The translations under genes were made by a program, and so were the position numbers. The notes beneath the pieces are model-generated. The model was not told the origin of the DNA. It saw only the letters and a list, made by a program, of their open reading frames with translations, and did no database searches. This document shows positions 38,162 to 47,074 of a DNA stretch of 64,000 nucleotides, piece by piece. Source of the stretch: an uncultured bacterium (GTDB taxonomy: Bacteria > Abyssobacteria > SURF-5); NCBI GenBank assembly GCA_964607485.1, contig CAZSKP010000004.1:1-64000 (forward strand). The letters run 5' to 3'. Every line of letters begins with the position of its first letter. Within the stretch, counting starts at the first letter, position 1.

Positions 38162-39712
38162 CTACGCGGGTTTGATGTAGCGTCTCTTCTCAGGCCTCTC
38201 TTCATGCTTGTTGGCCGATGCGTGGAGCGCCTTGATGATGCGCGAGCGAGTGTCCCTGGGGTCGATGACCTCATGGACGGTGTACCATGTCGTAAAGAGC
38301 TTGCCCATCGTCATGACACTGAACATTTCACGAAGAATGCCCACGTAGAAATTGAAGAGGTCATCGTAGTTGCCCGCTTCCTTGGCCTTTTCCAGTTCCT
38401 TATGGAACACGGCATGGACCATCATCTCCGGGCCTGTGGGGGCAAACTCGGTCGTGGGCCAGCCGTAAATGAAATCCGGCCCCATCTTGCTGCAGCCCAT
38501 GACGATATTGGAGCCGCCGTAGGATCGCCGCAGCACCATGGTGACCTTTTGTGTCGTCAGGTTGGTATAGCCGTGCAGGTTCTTGGCTCCGTGGCGGATA
38601 ACGCCCTTGCGCTCCCATCGGTCGCCGGGGGGAAAGGCCGTCGTGTCGGACATGGTCAGCAAGGGGATGTTGAAGCAGTCGAGAAACATCAGAAAGCGGT
38701 CATATTTATCGGACGAATCCGGTTCCATGATGCCGCTCAGCTCGTCCGGATTGTTGGCGGCGATGCCCGTGACCATGCCGTCGAATCGGGCGAAGCCAAT
38801 GACCATGTTGGGGGCAAAATCCTCCTGGAGTTCGAAAAATTCGCCGTTATCCACAATCAGGTCGATGATCTCGTGCATGTCGTAGGTGAACCGGACATTG
38901 TCGGGCATCACATTGAGCAGGGCCTCTTCACGCCGGTTGGGATCGTCGGTCGGCTCGATTGCCGCTGGCCGCTCCCAGCAGTTCTGAGGGATAAACTCGA
39001 GGACCTGTTTGCAGAGGTCGAGCGCCTTCTCGTCGCTCTCGGCCACGAGGTGGCACTGGCCGGATTGCGTCATATGGAAATCGGCCGAGCCCGCGTCCTC
39101 GGACTCGATCGGGCCGCCCAGCCACAAGAACCCCGTCTTGCTGTTCATGATCAGGAAATCCGACAGCACGGGCACCTTGGCCATCGGTCCGGTACACGGC
39201 CCCAGCACCAGCGCAATCTGGGGGATTACTCCGGAGTAGTAGCAATAATTCTTGAGCACACGGGCGATACCGTACTGTCCGACGTATCCCTTCTCCATGC
39301 TGACGCGGCTTCCGGCGGAATCGAAGATGCCGATAATCGGCATTTGTTCCTGCCCGGCCATTTGGACAAATTCGGCGATCTTCCATACGCCCTGATCGCC
39401 GAAGGAGCCGGACATCACCGTGAAATCCATCGAATAGACCATGACCGGCCGACCGCCCACCTTGATCATGCCCATGATCACGCCGTCCCCAGGGCTCGGT
39501 TTGGTGCTGGAATCCGGAAACGCTCGAAACTCCCGGACCAGCGAGCCGATTTCCTCAAAAGTGCCGGGGTCGGCCAGATATTCGATGCGCTCTCGCGCGG
39601 TGAGCTTGCCTAGGCTGTGCTGTACCTCGACGCGGTCCGGCCCGCCACCCGCGAGGTTTTCCTGCCGGATCGTCTCAAGCTTCGCAAGATAGCCGTCCAT
39701 CCATTCGCCCAT
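38162..39712 (-). CDS. Acyl-CoA carboxylase carboxyltransferase (beta-like) subunit A
   Basis: QHSLGKLTARERI, DFTVMSGS, SGVIPQI, RRSYGG, EVIDPRDTR; AAGGAG RBS, start 39712 or 39718. Confidence 0.92.
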   Translation of the reverse strand: MGEWMDGYLAKLETIRQENLAGGGPDRVEVQHSLGKLTARERIEYLADPGTFEEIGSLVREFRAFPDSSTKPSPGDGVIMGMIKVGGRPVMVYSMDFTVMSGSFGDQGVWKIAEFVQMAGQEQMPIIGIFDSAGSRVSMEKGYVGQYGIARVLKNYCYYSGVIPQIALVLGPCTGPMAKVPVLSDFLIMNSKTGFLWLGGPIESEDAGSADFHMTQSGQCHLVAESDEKALDLCKQVLEFIPQNCWERPAAIEPTDDPNRREEALLNVMPDNVRFTYDMHEIIDLIVDNGEFFELQEDFAPNMVIGFARFDGMVTGIAANNPDELSGIMEPDSSDKYDRFLMFLDCFNIPLLTMSDTTAFPPGDRWERKGVIRHGAKNLHGYTNLTTQKVTMVLRRSYGGSNIVMGCSKMGPDFIYGWPTTEFAPTGPEMMVHAVFHKELEKAKEAGNYDDLFNFYVGILREMFSVMTMGKLFTTWYTVHEVIDPRDTRSRIIKALHASANKHEERPEKRRYIKPA

Positions 39713-39897
39713 GCTCACTATCTCCTTTCGCTCAGTTTCAGCCCGTCCAGGCCGCATTCAAGCGCGGTCAGCGGCATCTCGTTGAGAAACCCGACCTGTT
39801 CGGGCAGTACGTACGGGTCAGGGATTCCACGGCATGACGGACGATGTCGGCATTGAGCGCCTCTTCGTCGTTGCCGTATTAGGGGCAGTCCCGAGCT

Positions 39898-39925
39898 AGT
39901 ATATCATATGCCGCAGCCGTTTCAT
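39898..39925 (-). promoter_or_regulatory. Possible extended -10 promoter for the carboxylase/Msh-like operon
   Basis: TGaTATACT on minus strand, weak -35 (ATGAAA). Confidence 0.4.
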
Positions 39926-39939
39926 ACGAATAATACGGG

Positions 39940-41643
39940 CTATATGCCGGAGTACACCACCCCGAACATATCTGCTGCGGGCGGAATCAGGTTTGAGGTC
40001 TTGTCCGTGGCGACGTGCACGACAGCCGGCTCATCGGCGTCCTTCGCCCTCTTGATCGCATCGGGCAGGGCGTCGATCTTGTCCACGTATTCCGCGTAAC
40101 AGCCGATTCCTTCGGCCATCTTGTCCCACCTCACGGGGTGCTGGGCGCATCCAACAACTTTGGAAGGATCGCCGAACTCCATTATCTGGGTGGCCTCTTC
40201 CATGCACCAGGAGCGCTCCGCATGGATCATCACGGTGATCTTCACCTTCTCACGGACAGCCGTTTCGAGTTCCATGAAGTTGAAACCGGCGGCTCCATCT
40301 CCATTGATTACATAGACGTCCTTGTCGGGATTGGCAAGCTTCGCGCCGATGGCCTGCGGTATGCCGGTGCCCAGATGTCCGAACTCGAAGATGCCGAGCG
40401 CAGTTCTCGGTTTCGTGAACGTGGTGAACAGCGTGTTATAGAGGCTGGTATTACCGCCGTCGCCGACATTGATGGCGTCCTCTCCGAATACCTGTCTTGC
40501 GGCCTCGACAGAGTGGGCGGGGTGAATCAGCTCTCCCTCGTAGCTTCTTATGGGCTGCTTCATCTCCGCCTCCCAATCCTCATCAAGCTTCTTGTACCTC
40601 TTGACGATGCTCCCGTCGAACGGCTTCACCTTTTTCTTCTTCAATTGGCCGATGAGTGCCTTGAGGGTCGCCTTGGCGTCTCCGACGATGCCCATTGCGA
40701 TGGGTCTGTTGACGCCGATATTCGCCGGGTCGATGTCCACCTGGATAATCTTCTGCGTTTTCCTGTCGCCCCAATACGGGTCGAATGGAAGGTCGAGCTC
40801 GCCCAGCCGCGTCCCGATGGCCAGGATGACGTCGGCCTCACGCCTCGCGGTCATCGCCCCGTCGCCCCATGTGAGCAGGCCGTTGGGATGCCGGTCGGAG
40901 ATGGCTCCCCGCGAGCTGGCGGTGGTGGTGCCGGGACAGTTCAGATACTCCACCAGTTCAGCAAATTCTCCCCACGCGCCCGCGTTGAGCACGCCGGTGC
41001 CCGCCATGAGCAGAGGATTCTTCGCGTTGGCGATGAGTGCCGCCATCTCTTCGATGTGCTCCTGGGCGGGCGCGGGGACGGGTGCTCGATACTGGCTCGG
41101 TTCGAGTATCGTGACCGTCGAATCGTCTCCTGTTTCGTAGAATATCGTATCCGGTATATCCACCTGGACTGGCCCGGGCCTGCCCGCAGTCGCCATGCGA
41201 TACGCCGTCTGGATAAGCTCGGGTATTCTCTCCCAGCTATGCACAACCGCGTTCCATTTTGTGATCGGTTTGAATAGGTCATACTGGTCAAGCCCCTGAA
41301 ACACGCCCGACTTGGCCGGGTATATCACCCCCGACCGCCGCTGAGCAGTGATTGCGATAACGGGAGCGCCCTCCTCCTTCGCGCAGAGAATTCCCGGGAT
41401 AAGGTTTGCCGTTCCCGGGCCCGCGCCTGCCATTACCACCGGAATCTCGCCGCTTGTCTTGTACACCCCCTGGGCCATGTGCGCAGCCGCGGACTCGTGA
41501 CGAGGGGGCACCCATCGTATCCCGTATTCCGCCACCTTTCCCATGACCGGATTGTACGCAAAATCCGGGAGGGCGAAGATTCGCTTCAGTCCCTCTTTCT
41601 GCAAACACTTCAGGAGCAGTTCGCCTCCGGTAATCTCTGCCAT
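39940..41643 (-). CDS. Thiamine-diphosphate-dependent enzyme (acetolactate synthase/2-hydroxyacyl-CoA lyase-like)
   Basis: RHESAAAHMA, GPG..N, GRPGPVQVDIP, DGG, G.LG.G.P.AIGAK, GDG. Confidence 0.92.
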   Translation of the reverse strand: MAEITGGELLLKCLQKEGLKRIFALPDFAYNPVMGKVAEYGIRWVPPRHESAAAHMAQGVYKTSGEIPVVMAGAGPGTANLIPGILCAKEEGAPVIAITAQRRSGVIYPAKSGVFQGLDQYDLFKPITKWNAVVHSWERIPELIQTAYRMATAGRPGPVQVDIPDTIFYETGDDSTVTILEPSQYRAPVPAPAQEHIEEMAALIANAKNPLLMAGTGVLNAGAWGEFAELVEYLNCPGTTTASSRGAISDRHPNGLLTWGDGAMTARREADVILAIGTRLGELDLPFDPYWGDRKTQKIIQVDIDPANIGVNRPIAMGIVGDAKATLKALIGQLKKKKVKPFDGSIVKRYKKLDEDWEAEMKQPIRSYEGELIHPAHSVEAARQVFGEDAINVGDGGNTSLYNTLFTTFTKPRTALGIFEFGHLGTGIPQAIGAKLANPDKDVYVINGDGAAGFNFMELETAVREKVKITVMIHAERSWCMEEATQIMEFGDPSKVVGCAQHPVRWDKMAEGIGCYAEYVDKIDALPDAIKRAKDADEPAVVHVATDKTSNLIPPAADMFGVVYSGI

Positions 41644-41714
41644 GATCTCATCTCCTTATCAGACAACAACAAGCTACACCAGTTAGATTCCCTCGGTTGC
41701 TTCAGCCCAACGCT

Positions 41715-42485
41715 CTACAGTATCTCCATCAGCGGCATTATCAGCCCCATGCTGAGTCCCGCCGTCATGCCGCCGTCGATGCAGATGGCCTGGCCGGAAA
41801 TAAACGGACAGTCGTCGGCACACAGAAAATGAAACAGAGCGGCCACCTCCTCCGGTTTGCACAGGCGTCCGAGCGGCATCATCAACGATGCCAGCTTCAA
41901 TTCCGTGTTCGCTTCGTCGCTGTATGCCATCGGTGTATCCACCGTGCCGGGGCACACGCAGTTGACGCGGATATTCCGAGGCGCCAGTTCGAGCGCGGCC
42001 GTCCGTGTGATCCCAATCACGCCCGCCTTTGATGCAACATAGGGACCGTACGTGGGCGCTCCCTGGTAGCCGGCGATGGATGACGTGTTGACGATGGACC
42101 CGCCGTTCGTCATGTGATCGACCGAATGCTTTATTCCAAACACCACTCCCATCAGATTGAGCCTGTAAGAGCTCTCAAAATCCTCCGCCGGCAGGAACTG
42201 TATGAAGTTCGGACCGCTTCCCTCCCCGCCACCGGCATTGTTGATTACGATGTCAATGCGTCCGTACGCCTCAGCCGTCTTGTCCATGAGCGCCTTTACG
42301 TGCTTCTCTTGGGTGACGTCGGTCTTGATAAACAAGCCGTCCACCTCTTTCGCCACGCTGTCGGCGTCGGTTATGTCGGCAATGACAACCTTCGCACCGG
42401 CCTTTGCAAAGCGTCTGACGGTTGCGAGCCCGATGCCCGATGCTCCGCCGGTCACCACCGCAGTTTTCCCTTCAAGCGAGAACAT
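41715..42485 (-). CDS. Short-chain dehydrogenase/reductase
   Basis: TGGASGIG, NNAG, YVASK, NCVCPG.V.T. Confidence 0.93.
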   Translation of the reverse strand: MFSLEGKTAVVTGGASGIGLATVRRFAKAGAKVVIADITDADSVAKEVDGLFIKTDVTQEKHVKALMDKTAEAYGRIDIVINNAGGGEGSGPNFIQFLPAEDFESSYRLNLMGVVFGIKHSVDHMTNGGSIVNTSSIAGYQGAPTYGPYVASKAGVIGITRTAALELAPRNIRVNCVCPGTVDTPMAYSDEANTELKLASLMMPLGRLCKPEEVAALFHFLCADDCPFISGQAICIDGGMTAGLSMGLIMPLMEIL

Positions 42486-42527
42486 CGATAGCGCCTCCTT
42501 TCCCACCAGGGACATTCAGAAGTATTG

Positions 42528-43145
42528 TTAATTCCTCTTTGGTTTGCGCACCATATGATAATTGGGAGTTCCAAATTGGTCGGTTTCGGAAATTATCCGA
42601 AATCCGAACCTCTCGTACAGGGGGAGGGCGAGCGGTTCCGTTGTGCTCAGGTATCCCAATACTCCCTCTCCGTCGCACAGATTTGTGAGATATGAAAGCA
42701 TCATCGAACCGATACCGCGTCCTTTGAGGTTGGGCTCGACCCCGAGAGTCTCGAGATAGTAGTTTGGCTCTGCCGGTCGATGATTTCCGTCATCCAACGA
42801 TGACTTCAGCGCCCGATATATGATTGCCGGGCTCACGTAAAGGACGGACCGACACAAGAGTCTTATCAGATCAAAACCGCTCACGGTCTCCTTCCCGGGA
42901 GCCGATATCTGCATGACCCCAACAATCTTTCCATTGAGAACGCCGACTCTGGAGACCCCCTGACAAAGATTCATTTCCACATATGTCGCATAGTGCCTGC
43001 GCAGTATCTTAAGCCGCTTTTCAGGAGTTCCTCTCACGACGGCAACCACTCCGGGCTCTTCAAGGAACGCATTGGCGAGCAAATCCGCGATGTTGTCGAT
43101 ATCGGACTTCTTTATGGGAGATATTTCGATGTGAAGCTCATCCAT
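42528..43145 (-). CDS. GNAT family N-acetyltransferase
   Basis: YYLETLGVEP..KGRGIG, YL.T, LYERFGF. Confidence 0.85.
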   Translation of the reverse strand: MDELHIEISPIKKSDIDNIADLLANAFLEEPGVVAVVRGTPEKRLKILRRHYATYVEMNLCQGVSRVGVLNGKIVGVMQISAPGKETVSGFDLIRLLCRSVLYVSPAIIYRALKSSLDDGNHRPAEPNYYLETLGVEPNLKGRGIGSMMLSYLTNLCDGEGVLGYLSTTEPLALPLYERFGFRIISETDQFGTPNYHMVRKPKRN

Positions 43146-43203
43146 GTTGAACCTGCGCGTCCTTCAACCGAATTCAGATGTCCCGGTTCATGCCTGGGAA
43201 AGT

Positions 43204-43830
43204 TCAGTCTCGCCGATTGCCTTCGCCCTCAGCTTGCTTTTCTTCCAGATAAGCTTCGACAAAACGCTTCGTGAGGCGTGCCATCTTCTTGAGATCGACA
43301 TTCTCCGGGTCCATGTCCCACTGAACCGACACGCCGTCCTGAATTGCGATAATCATGTTGGCCAGCTCCTTCACCTCAGCCGTCGATAACCCGGCCGATT
43401 TATTCGTTTCGGCGAGCAGGTCAATAATCGCCTCACGAAAACGCTTATACAACATCGCGAAACTCTCGCGGACCCGGTCGTTACGTTTCGCCTCCGCCCA
43501 ACAATCATAAAAGAGCCCGGAGTGTTCACCGTTTATGAGCTCCGGACCGAACAGAAACTCGACGGCCTTGTCGAAACGGGTTTTGGGATTTTCATATCTG
43601 CCCATCTCGGCCAGGTATTTTTCGGTTATCCGGTCAACGATATCCTTGACCAATTCCTCGATCATCTCATCGCGGTCTTTGAAATAGTGATGCAGGATGC
43701 TGGGCTGGACGCCGGCCTCTTTTGCGATCGAGCGGGTCGAAGCGTTTTGCAGTCCATCCCGGGACATGCATCTATAGAACGCGTCGATAATCTGAGCGCG
43801 TCTTTGTTTGGCGAGGCTTTTCCTACCCAC
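43204..43830 (-). CDS. TetR/AcrR-family transcriptional regulator
   Basis: RR.QII.A...G...STRSIAKEAGV....LHHYFKD HTH; start re-placed at GTG 43830. Confidence 0.9.
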   Translation of the reverse strand: MGRKSLAKQRRAQIIDAFYRCMSRDGLQNASTRSIAKEAGVQPSILHHYFKDRDEMIEELVKDIVDRITEKYLAEMGRYENPKTRFDKAVEFLFGPELINGEHSGLFYDCWAEAKRNDRVRESFAMLYKRFREAIIDLLAETNKSAGLSTAEVKELANMIIAIQDGVSVQWDMDPENVDLKKMARLTKRFVEAYLEEKQAEGEGNRRD

Positions 43831-43849
43831 GGTGACTTTCCCGATTATT

Positions 43850-43898
43850 TTGTGTGGTCGCCCGTACAATATATATCACTTGAACACTGCCTTGTCAA
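43850..43898 (-). promoter_or_regulatory. Sigma70 promoter of tetR with downstream imperfect palindrome (candidate operator)
   Basis: TTGACA-17-TATATA (43898-43870); TTGTgtGGtcgcCCgtACAA at 43850-43869. Confidence 0.6.
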
Positions 43899-43924
43899 GT
43901 GAAAAACGCCTCAGAGAATGCTCA

Positions 43925-43955
43925 GGTCGAGTCCGTGATTTCCCCTCGCAATGAC
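43925..43955. repeat. Half copy of the palindromic element at 45794-45892
   Basis: 26/31 identity to 45862-45892, ending CCTCGCAATGAC, same orientation. Confidence 0.65.
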
Positions 43956-43988
43956 TCCCAACCATTTGGGCAGCAAGATGTTACGTCT

Positions 43989-45173
43989 TCATTTCGGGCC
44001 GTCGGTGTGGTAGCACCTCATCGGATTGTAATGAACCACGATCTCGAACGCGCACCGATTGCAGTTCGTGCACGAAATCGGATCTGCGTCACCCTTTTCC
44101 ATCAGGTTCACAAGATTTGGCTGCCGGATAAAGGGCCGGCTCAGCGAGATAAAGTCGGCTTGGCCGCTCTCGAGGGCGCGTTCCATCGTGGCGCGACGCC
44201 GCATTCCTCCTACCGCCATGACCGGCGCTCTTACGTTCTTCTTAATCGCCGCCGCTTGAGGGAGGAAGTATGCTTCTTCGAAACGAGCCGCCTCCCGTAT
44301 GCGTTTCTCGACGAAGAGCCGCATCAATATGCGCTCGGGCAGTTTGCGGTTTCGCATGGCAAGGTCTCTCGGTACATCCCCCCTGACATTCATCAGCCCC
44401 TTTTCCGCGATCCCGCCGCTTACTTCTATGGCATCTATGCCCATTTCATCGAGCTTCCTGCACACAGTGATGCACTCGTCAAGCGTCACGCCGTTGGAAA
44501 TAAAGTCTTCGGAATTGATCTTGATAAGCACCGGGAAATCGGTCCCCACGATGGAACGAATCAACTGGTACACCTCGAGCAGGAACCGCATCCGATTTTC
44601 CAGAGGCCCGCCCCATTCGTCACTGCGTCGATTTGTGTGGCCGGAAAGGAACTCGTTGATCAGATAGCCATGCGCCGCATGTATTTGCACCCCGTCGAAT
44701 CCCCCCTCTTTCGCGCGCCGGGCGGCGTCTCCGAAGGCGGTAATGCTCTCTCTTATTTCGGCGCCGCTCATTTCGCGTGGCTTGACCATGCTGAGCATGT
44801 CACGCACGGGCGATGGCCCTACGGGTTGGGCGCCGAGAACCTTCGGGTCGCATTGCCGCCCACCGTGGTTCAACTGAGCGACAATCTTCACATCGTTTTC
44901 GTGAACGGTCTCCGTGAGCCGTCGGAGATCGTCGATTATCTCGTCCTTGTCGAGGAGCATAACACGAGGCACCGCGCGTCCCATACGATGCACATAGTAG
45001 TTGCCCGGAACAATCAGGCCGACGCCTCCTCTTGCCAACCGAGCATAGGCCCGCAGATATCGGTCGGTGATGCGGCAATCGTCCGATGCGAGGCATTCAA
45101 CGGTCGCGGAGCGCACAAAGCGGTTTTTCAGTTGCATTGTTCCAATTGAGCCGGGCTTGAATAGTTCCGACAC
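43989..45173 (-). CDS. NADH:flavin oxidoreductase (old yellow enzyme family), second copy
   Basis: NRFVRSAT.E, GFDGVQIHAAHGYLI.EFLS, NRR.DEWGG.LENR, CTNCNRC...C. Confidence 0.92.
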   Translation of the reverse strand: MSELFKPGSIGTMQLKNRFVRSATVECLASDDCRITDRYLRAYARLARGGVGLIVPGNYYVHRMGRAVPRVMLLDKDEIIDDLRRLTETVHENDVKIVAQLNHGGRQCDPKVLGAQPVGPSPVRDMLSMVKPREMSGAEIRESITAFGDAARRAKEGGFDGVQIHAAHGYLINEFLSGHTNRRSDEWGGPLENRMRFLLEVYQLIRSIVGTDFPVLIKINSEDFISNGVTLDECITVCRKLDEMGIDAIEVSGGIAEKGLMNVRGDVPRDLAMRNRKLPERILMRLFVEKRIREAARFEEAYFLPQAAAIKKNVRAPVMAVGGMRRRATMERALESGQADFISLSRPFIRQPNLVNLMEKGDADPISCTNCNRCAFEIVVHYNPMRCYHTDGPK

Positions 45174-45283
45174 CTTTCTATCCTCCTCTTGAAAACAGAA
45201 TGAGCCTGCCTTGGCGCTGCTGTATGCGAACCGTTGGGGGGAAGCGGAGCGGGCGGTATTGCAGGGACGTTGGCTTGTGAAAG

Positions 45284-45312
45284 AGTATAGTACCGAATCT
45301 ACAGCGTGTCAA
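45284..45312 (-). promoter_or_regulatory. Sigma70 promoter of second flavin oxidoreductase
   Basis: TTGACA-17-TATACT. Confidence 0.75.
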
Positions 45313-45388
45313 CCTTGAGAGCCCACCTGGCTCGTCGGGGGGATAGGGAAGGAGAGAACCCGCCTGATGTCGTCAGCGGCGGGTGTCT

Positions 45389-45619
45389 TCACTCTGTCTC
45401 TGAGGATCTCCGGTCGGAGGATCTCACGCGCCGCTGCCACCTGAGGTAGACCTCGCAGAACTCACAGGTCTTCGGGGTTCCCGATAGCTTGCTGCACTGG
45501 GTGTCCGACATCTCCCAGCATGGAGCATCGCTCTGATTGTACGCAGAACAGTTCAGGTAAAGCAGGGGGGAACAATCCCTGATTTCCCAGCACTTTGGCC
45601 TTTTATCGGACGACTCCAT
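45389..45619 (-). CDS. Small Cys-rich protein with two CW motifs (probable metal-binding)
   Basis: 76 aa, CWEIRDC..C.AY..CWE...TQC..CEFCEVY; GGGAGAG RBS and own promoter. Confidence 0.8.
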   Translation of the reverse strand: MESSDKRPKCWEIRDCSPLLYLNCSAYNQSDAPCWEMSDTQCSKLSGTPKTCEFCEVYLRWQRRVRSSDRRSSETE

Positions 45620-45706
45620 CGCAGACTCTCCCTCGTCCTGTATCTGAAGAGGGGGCCGCCCCATCTCATGCAACTTTGCCCGGGAGCTTAAACCGACCGT
45701 ATCTCC

Positions 45707-45735
45707 ATTCTATGGGAGAGAGGGCGCTTTGTCAA
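45707..45735 (-). promoter_or_regulatory. Sigma70 promoter of the two-CW protein gene
   Basis: TTGACA-17-TAGAAT. Confidence 0.75.
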
Positions 45736-45793
45736 TGACAGGCCTCACCGACCTCTTGCCCAAATGGTTCCTTACTTAACAGCGTCCTGCCTC

Positions 45794-45892
45794 GTCATTG
45801 CGAGGAGCAAAGCGACGTAACAATCCCGATGGAAAGGAGGAATCGCCTCCGAGATTGCTTCGGTCGAGTCTTTGACTCGCCCTCGCAATGAC
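45794..45892. repeat. REP/RPE-like palindromic element (GTCATTGCGAG...CTCGCAATGAC type)
   Basis: 12-bp terminal inverted repeats GTCATTGCGAGG/CCTCGCAATGAC, inner CAATC/GATTG and GAGTC/GACTC stems. Confidence 0.85.
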
Positions 45893-46045
45893 TGCGAACC
45901 ATTTACGCAACGGAGGCCTCAAGGCCGAAGGGAAGGCAGGAATATTGGGTTGAGCCGGGAGGATATGGATGTTCCCCCCATGCTGATGTGAGGATGTGAG
46001 ACATCTGGAAACCCGGAAGCGGAAAAAACGCACCCGGCATCTCGA

Positions 46046-46363
46046 CTAAGAGGCGTGTTGGTTTCGCCAAGCATCTGCTGAATAATTGAAGGCGCCCTTC
46101 ATGAACAGGAGGTCGGGAAGCCGCTTGAGCGCGAGTTCCGAAGGGCAATTTACCGATACCACCTTGTGAAGAGGGATCTTCGCCCCTTTCTTCTTCAACC
46201 ACATCACCTGGTTTAGCCGGGGAGCATAGCAGAGGTCGCCCTCTTTCACCTGCTCTCTTGGATTGACGAGAAGGTCAACATGGCAGGACTCAGGCGGCAC
46301 ATCCGGGAAATCATACTTCTGAAGCTCCAGACGAACCGAATACTTATGAGGTACAGTCGCCAT
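46046..46363 (-). CDS. Hypothetical protein (105 aa)
   Basis: ATG with GAAGAGGGTGAG RBS; upstream TTGTCC-17-TACAAT at 46553-46525; no family recognised. Confidence 0.6.
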   Translation of the reverse strand: MATVPHKYSVRLELQKYDFPDVPPESCHVDLLVNPREQVKEGDLCYAPRLNQVMWLKKKGAKIPLHKVVSVNCPSELALKRLPDLLFMKGAFNYSADAWRNQHAS

Positions 46364-46718
46364 TGTCTCACCCTCTTCCTTTGGTAACAATGCAAACTGC
46401 ACTGACTACCACTTATCCTGCTTAACCGGGAAGCTGAAAAAGGTAGGCGCTCAGGACGGAATCGACTTCTGATATCTCGGATTTACGCAGCGAGTTCTTC
46501 TGACGAGCCTCCTTCGTTATTCTTATTGTAACATCCTTTTTTCGATCGGACAATACCTACGACAATCTTTTTCTTGGTCCATGGTCGAAAGCTGGCGACT
46601 TCCAAAAATGGAAGGCAGGATTTCTGTAGGAAACACATCTTGCGAAGGCGGGCAGTCGGGGGAAAAGATGTGTTGCCTGAACGCACGCGACGAAACAGCG
46701 GTGCACACGCGCCTTGGT

Positions 46719-47060
46719 TCAGGTTTTTCTTATAGGCGGCCCATCGGTTACCGTTCGATGGTTGAAGGTGAGGGCATCGGAAACGCCCGCGACCTTCAAG
46801 GCCTTATACATTTCGGTTCGCATCCCGGATATGACAACCCGTTTCCCGCCGGCGCCCAATTGTTGCGTGAGCCACTGAAGCGCTTGCATACCGCCCGCAG
46901 TGATGTGAGCGGCCTCGGAAAAATCAAGCACTGTTCCGGGGGAAGAAGCTTCCTCGAGTTTCGGCTTCAGCTCTTCGAGAATGCTGAGTCCCGTTTTCGA
47001 GTCGAACGTGCCACTGATCGAATGTCTCACGTAGTCGGATTTCTTCGTTTGTTTCGGCAT
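46719..47060 (-). CDS. STAS-domain (anti-sigma factor antagonist-like) protein
   Basis: ISGTFD, VLDFS....I...G...L, G.RVVISG......ALKVAG. Confidence 0.75.
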   Translation of the reverse strand: MPKQTKKSDYVRHSISGTFDSKTGLSILEELKPKLEEASSPGTVLDFSEAAHITAGGMQALQWLTQQLGAGGKRVVISGMRTEMYKALKVAGVSDALTFNHRTVTDGPPIRKT

Positions 47061-47074
47061 TTCCCCTTCTCCTC

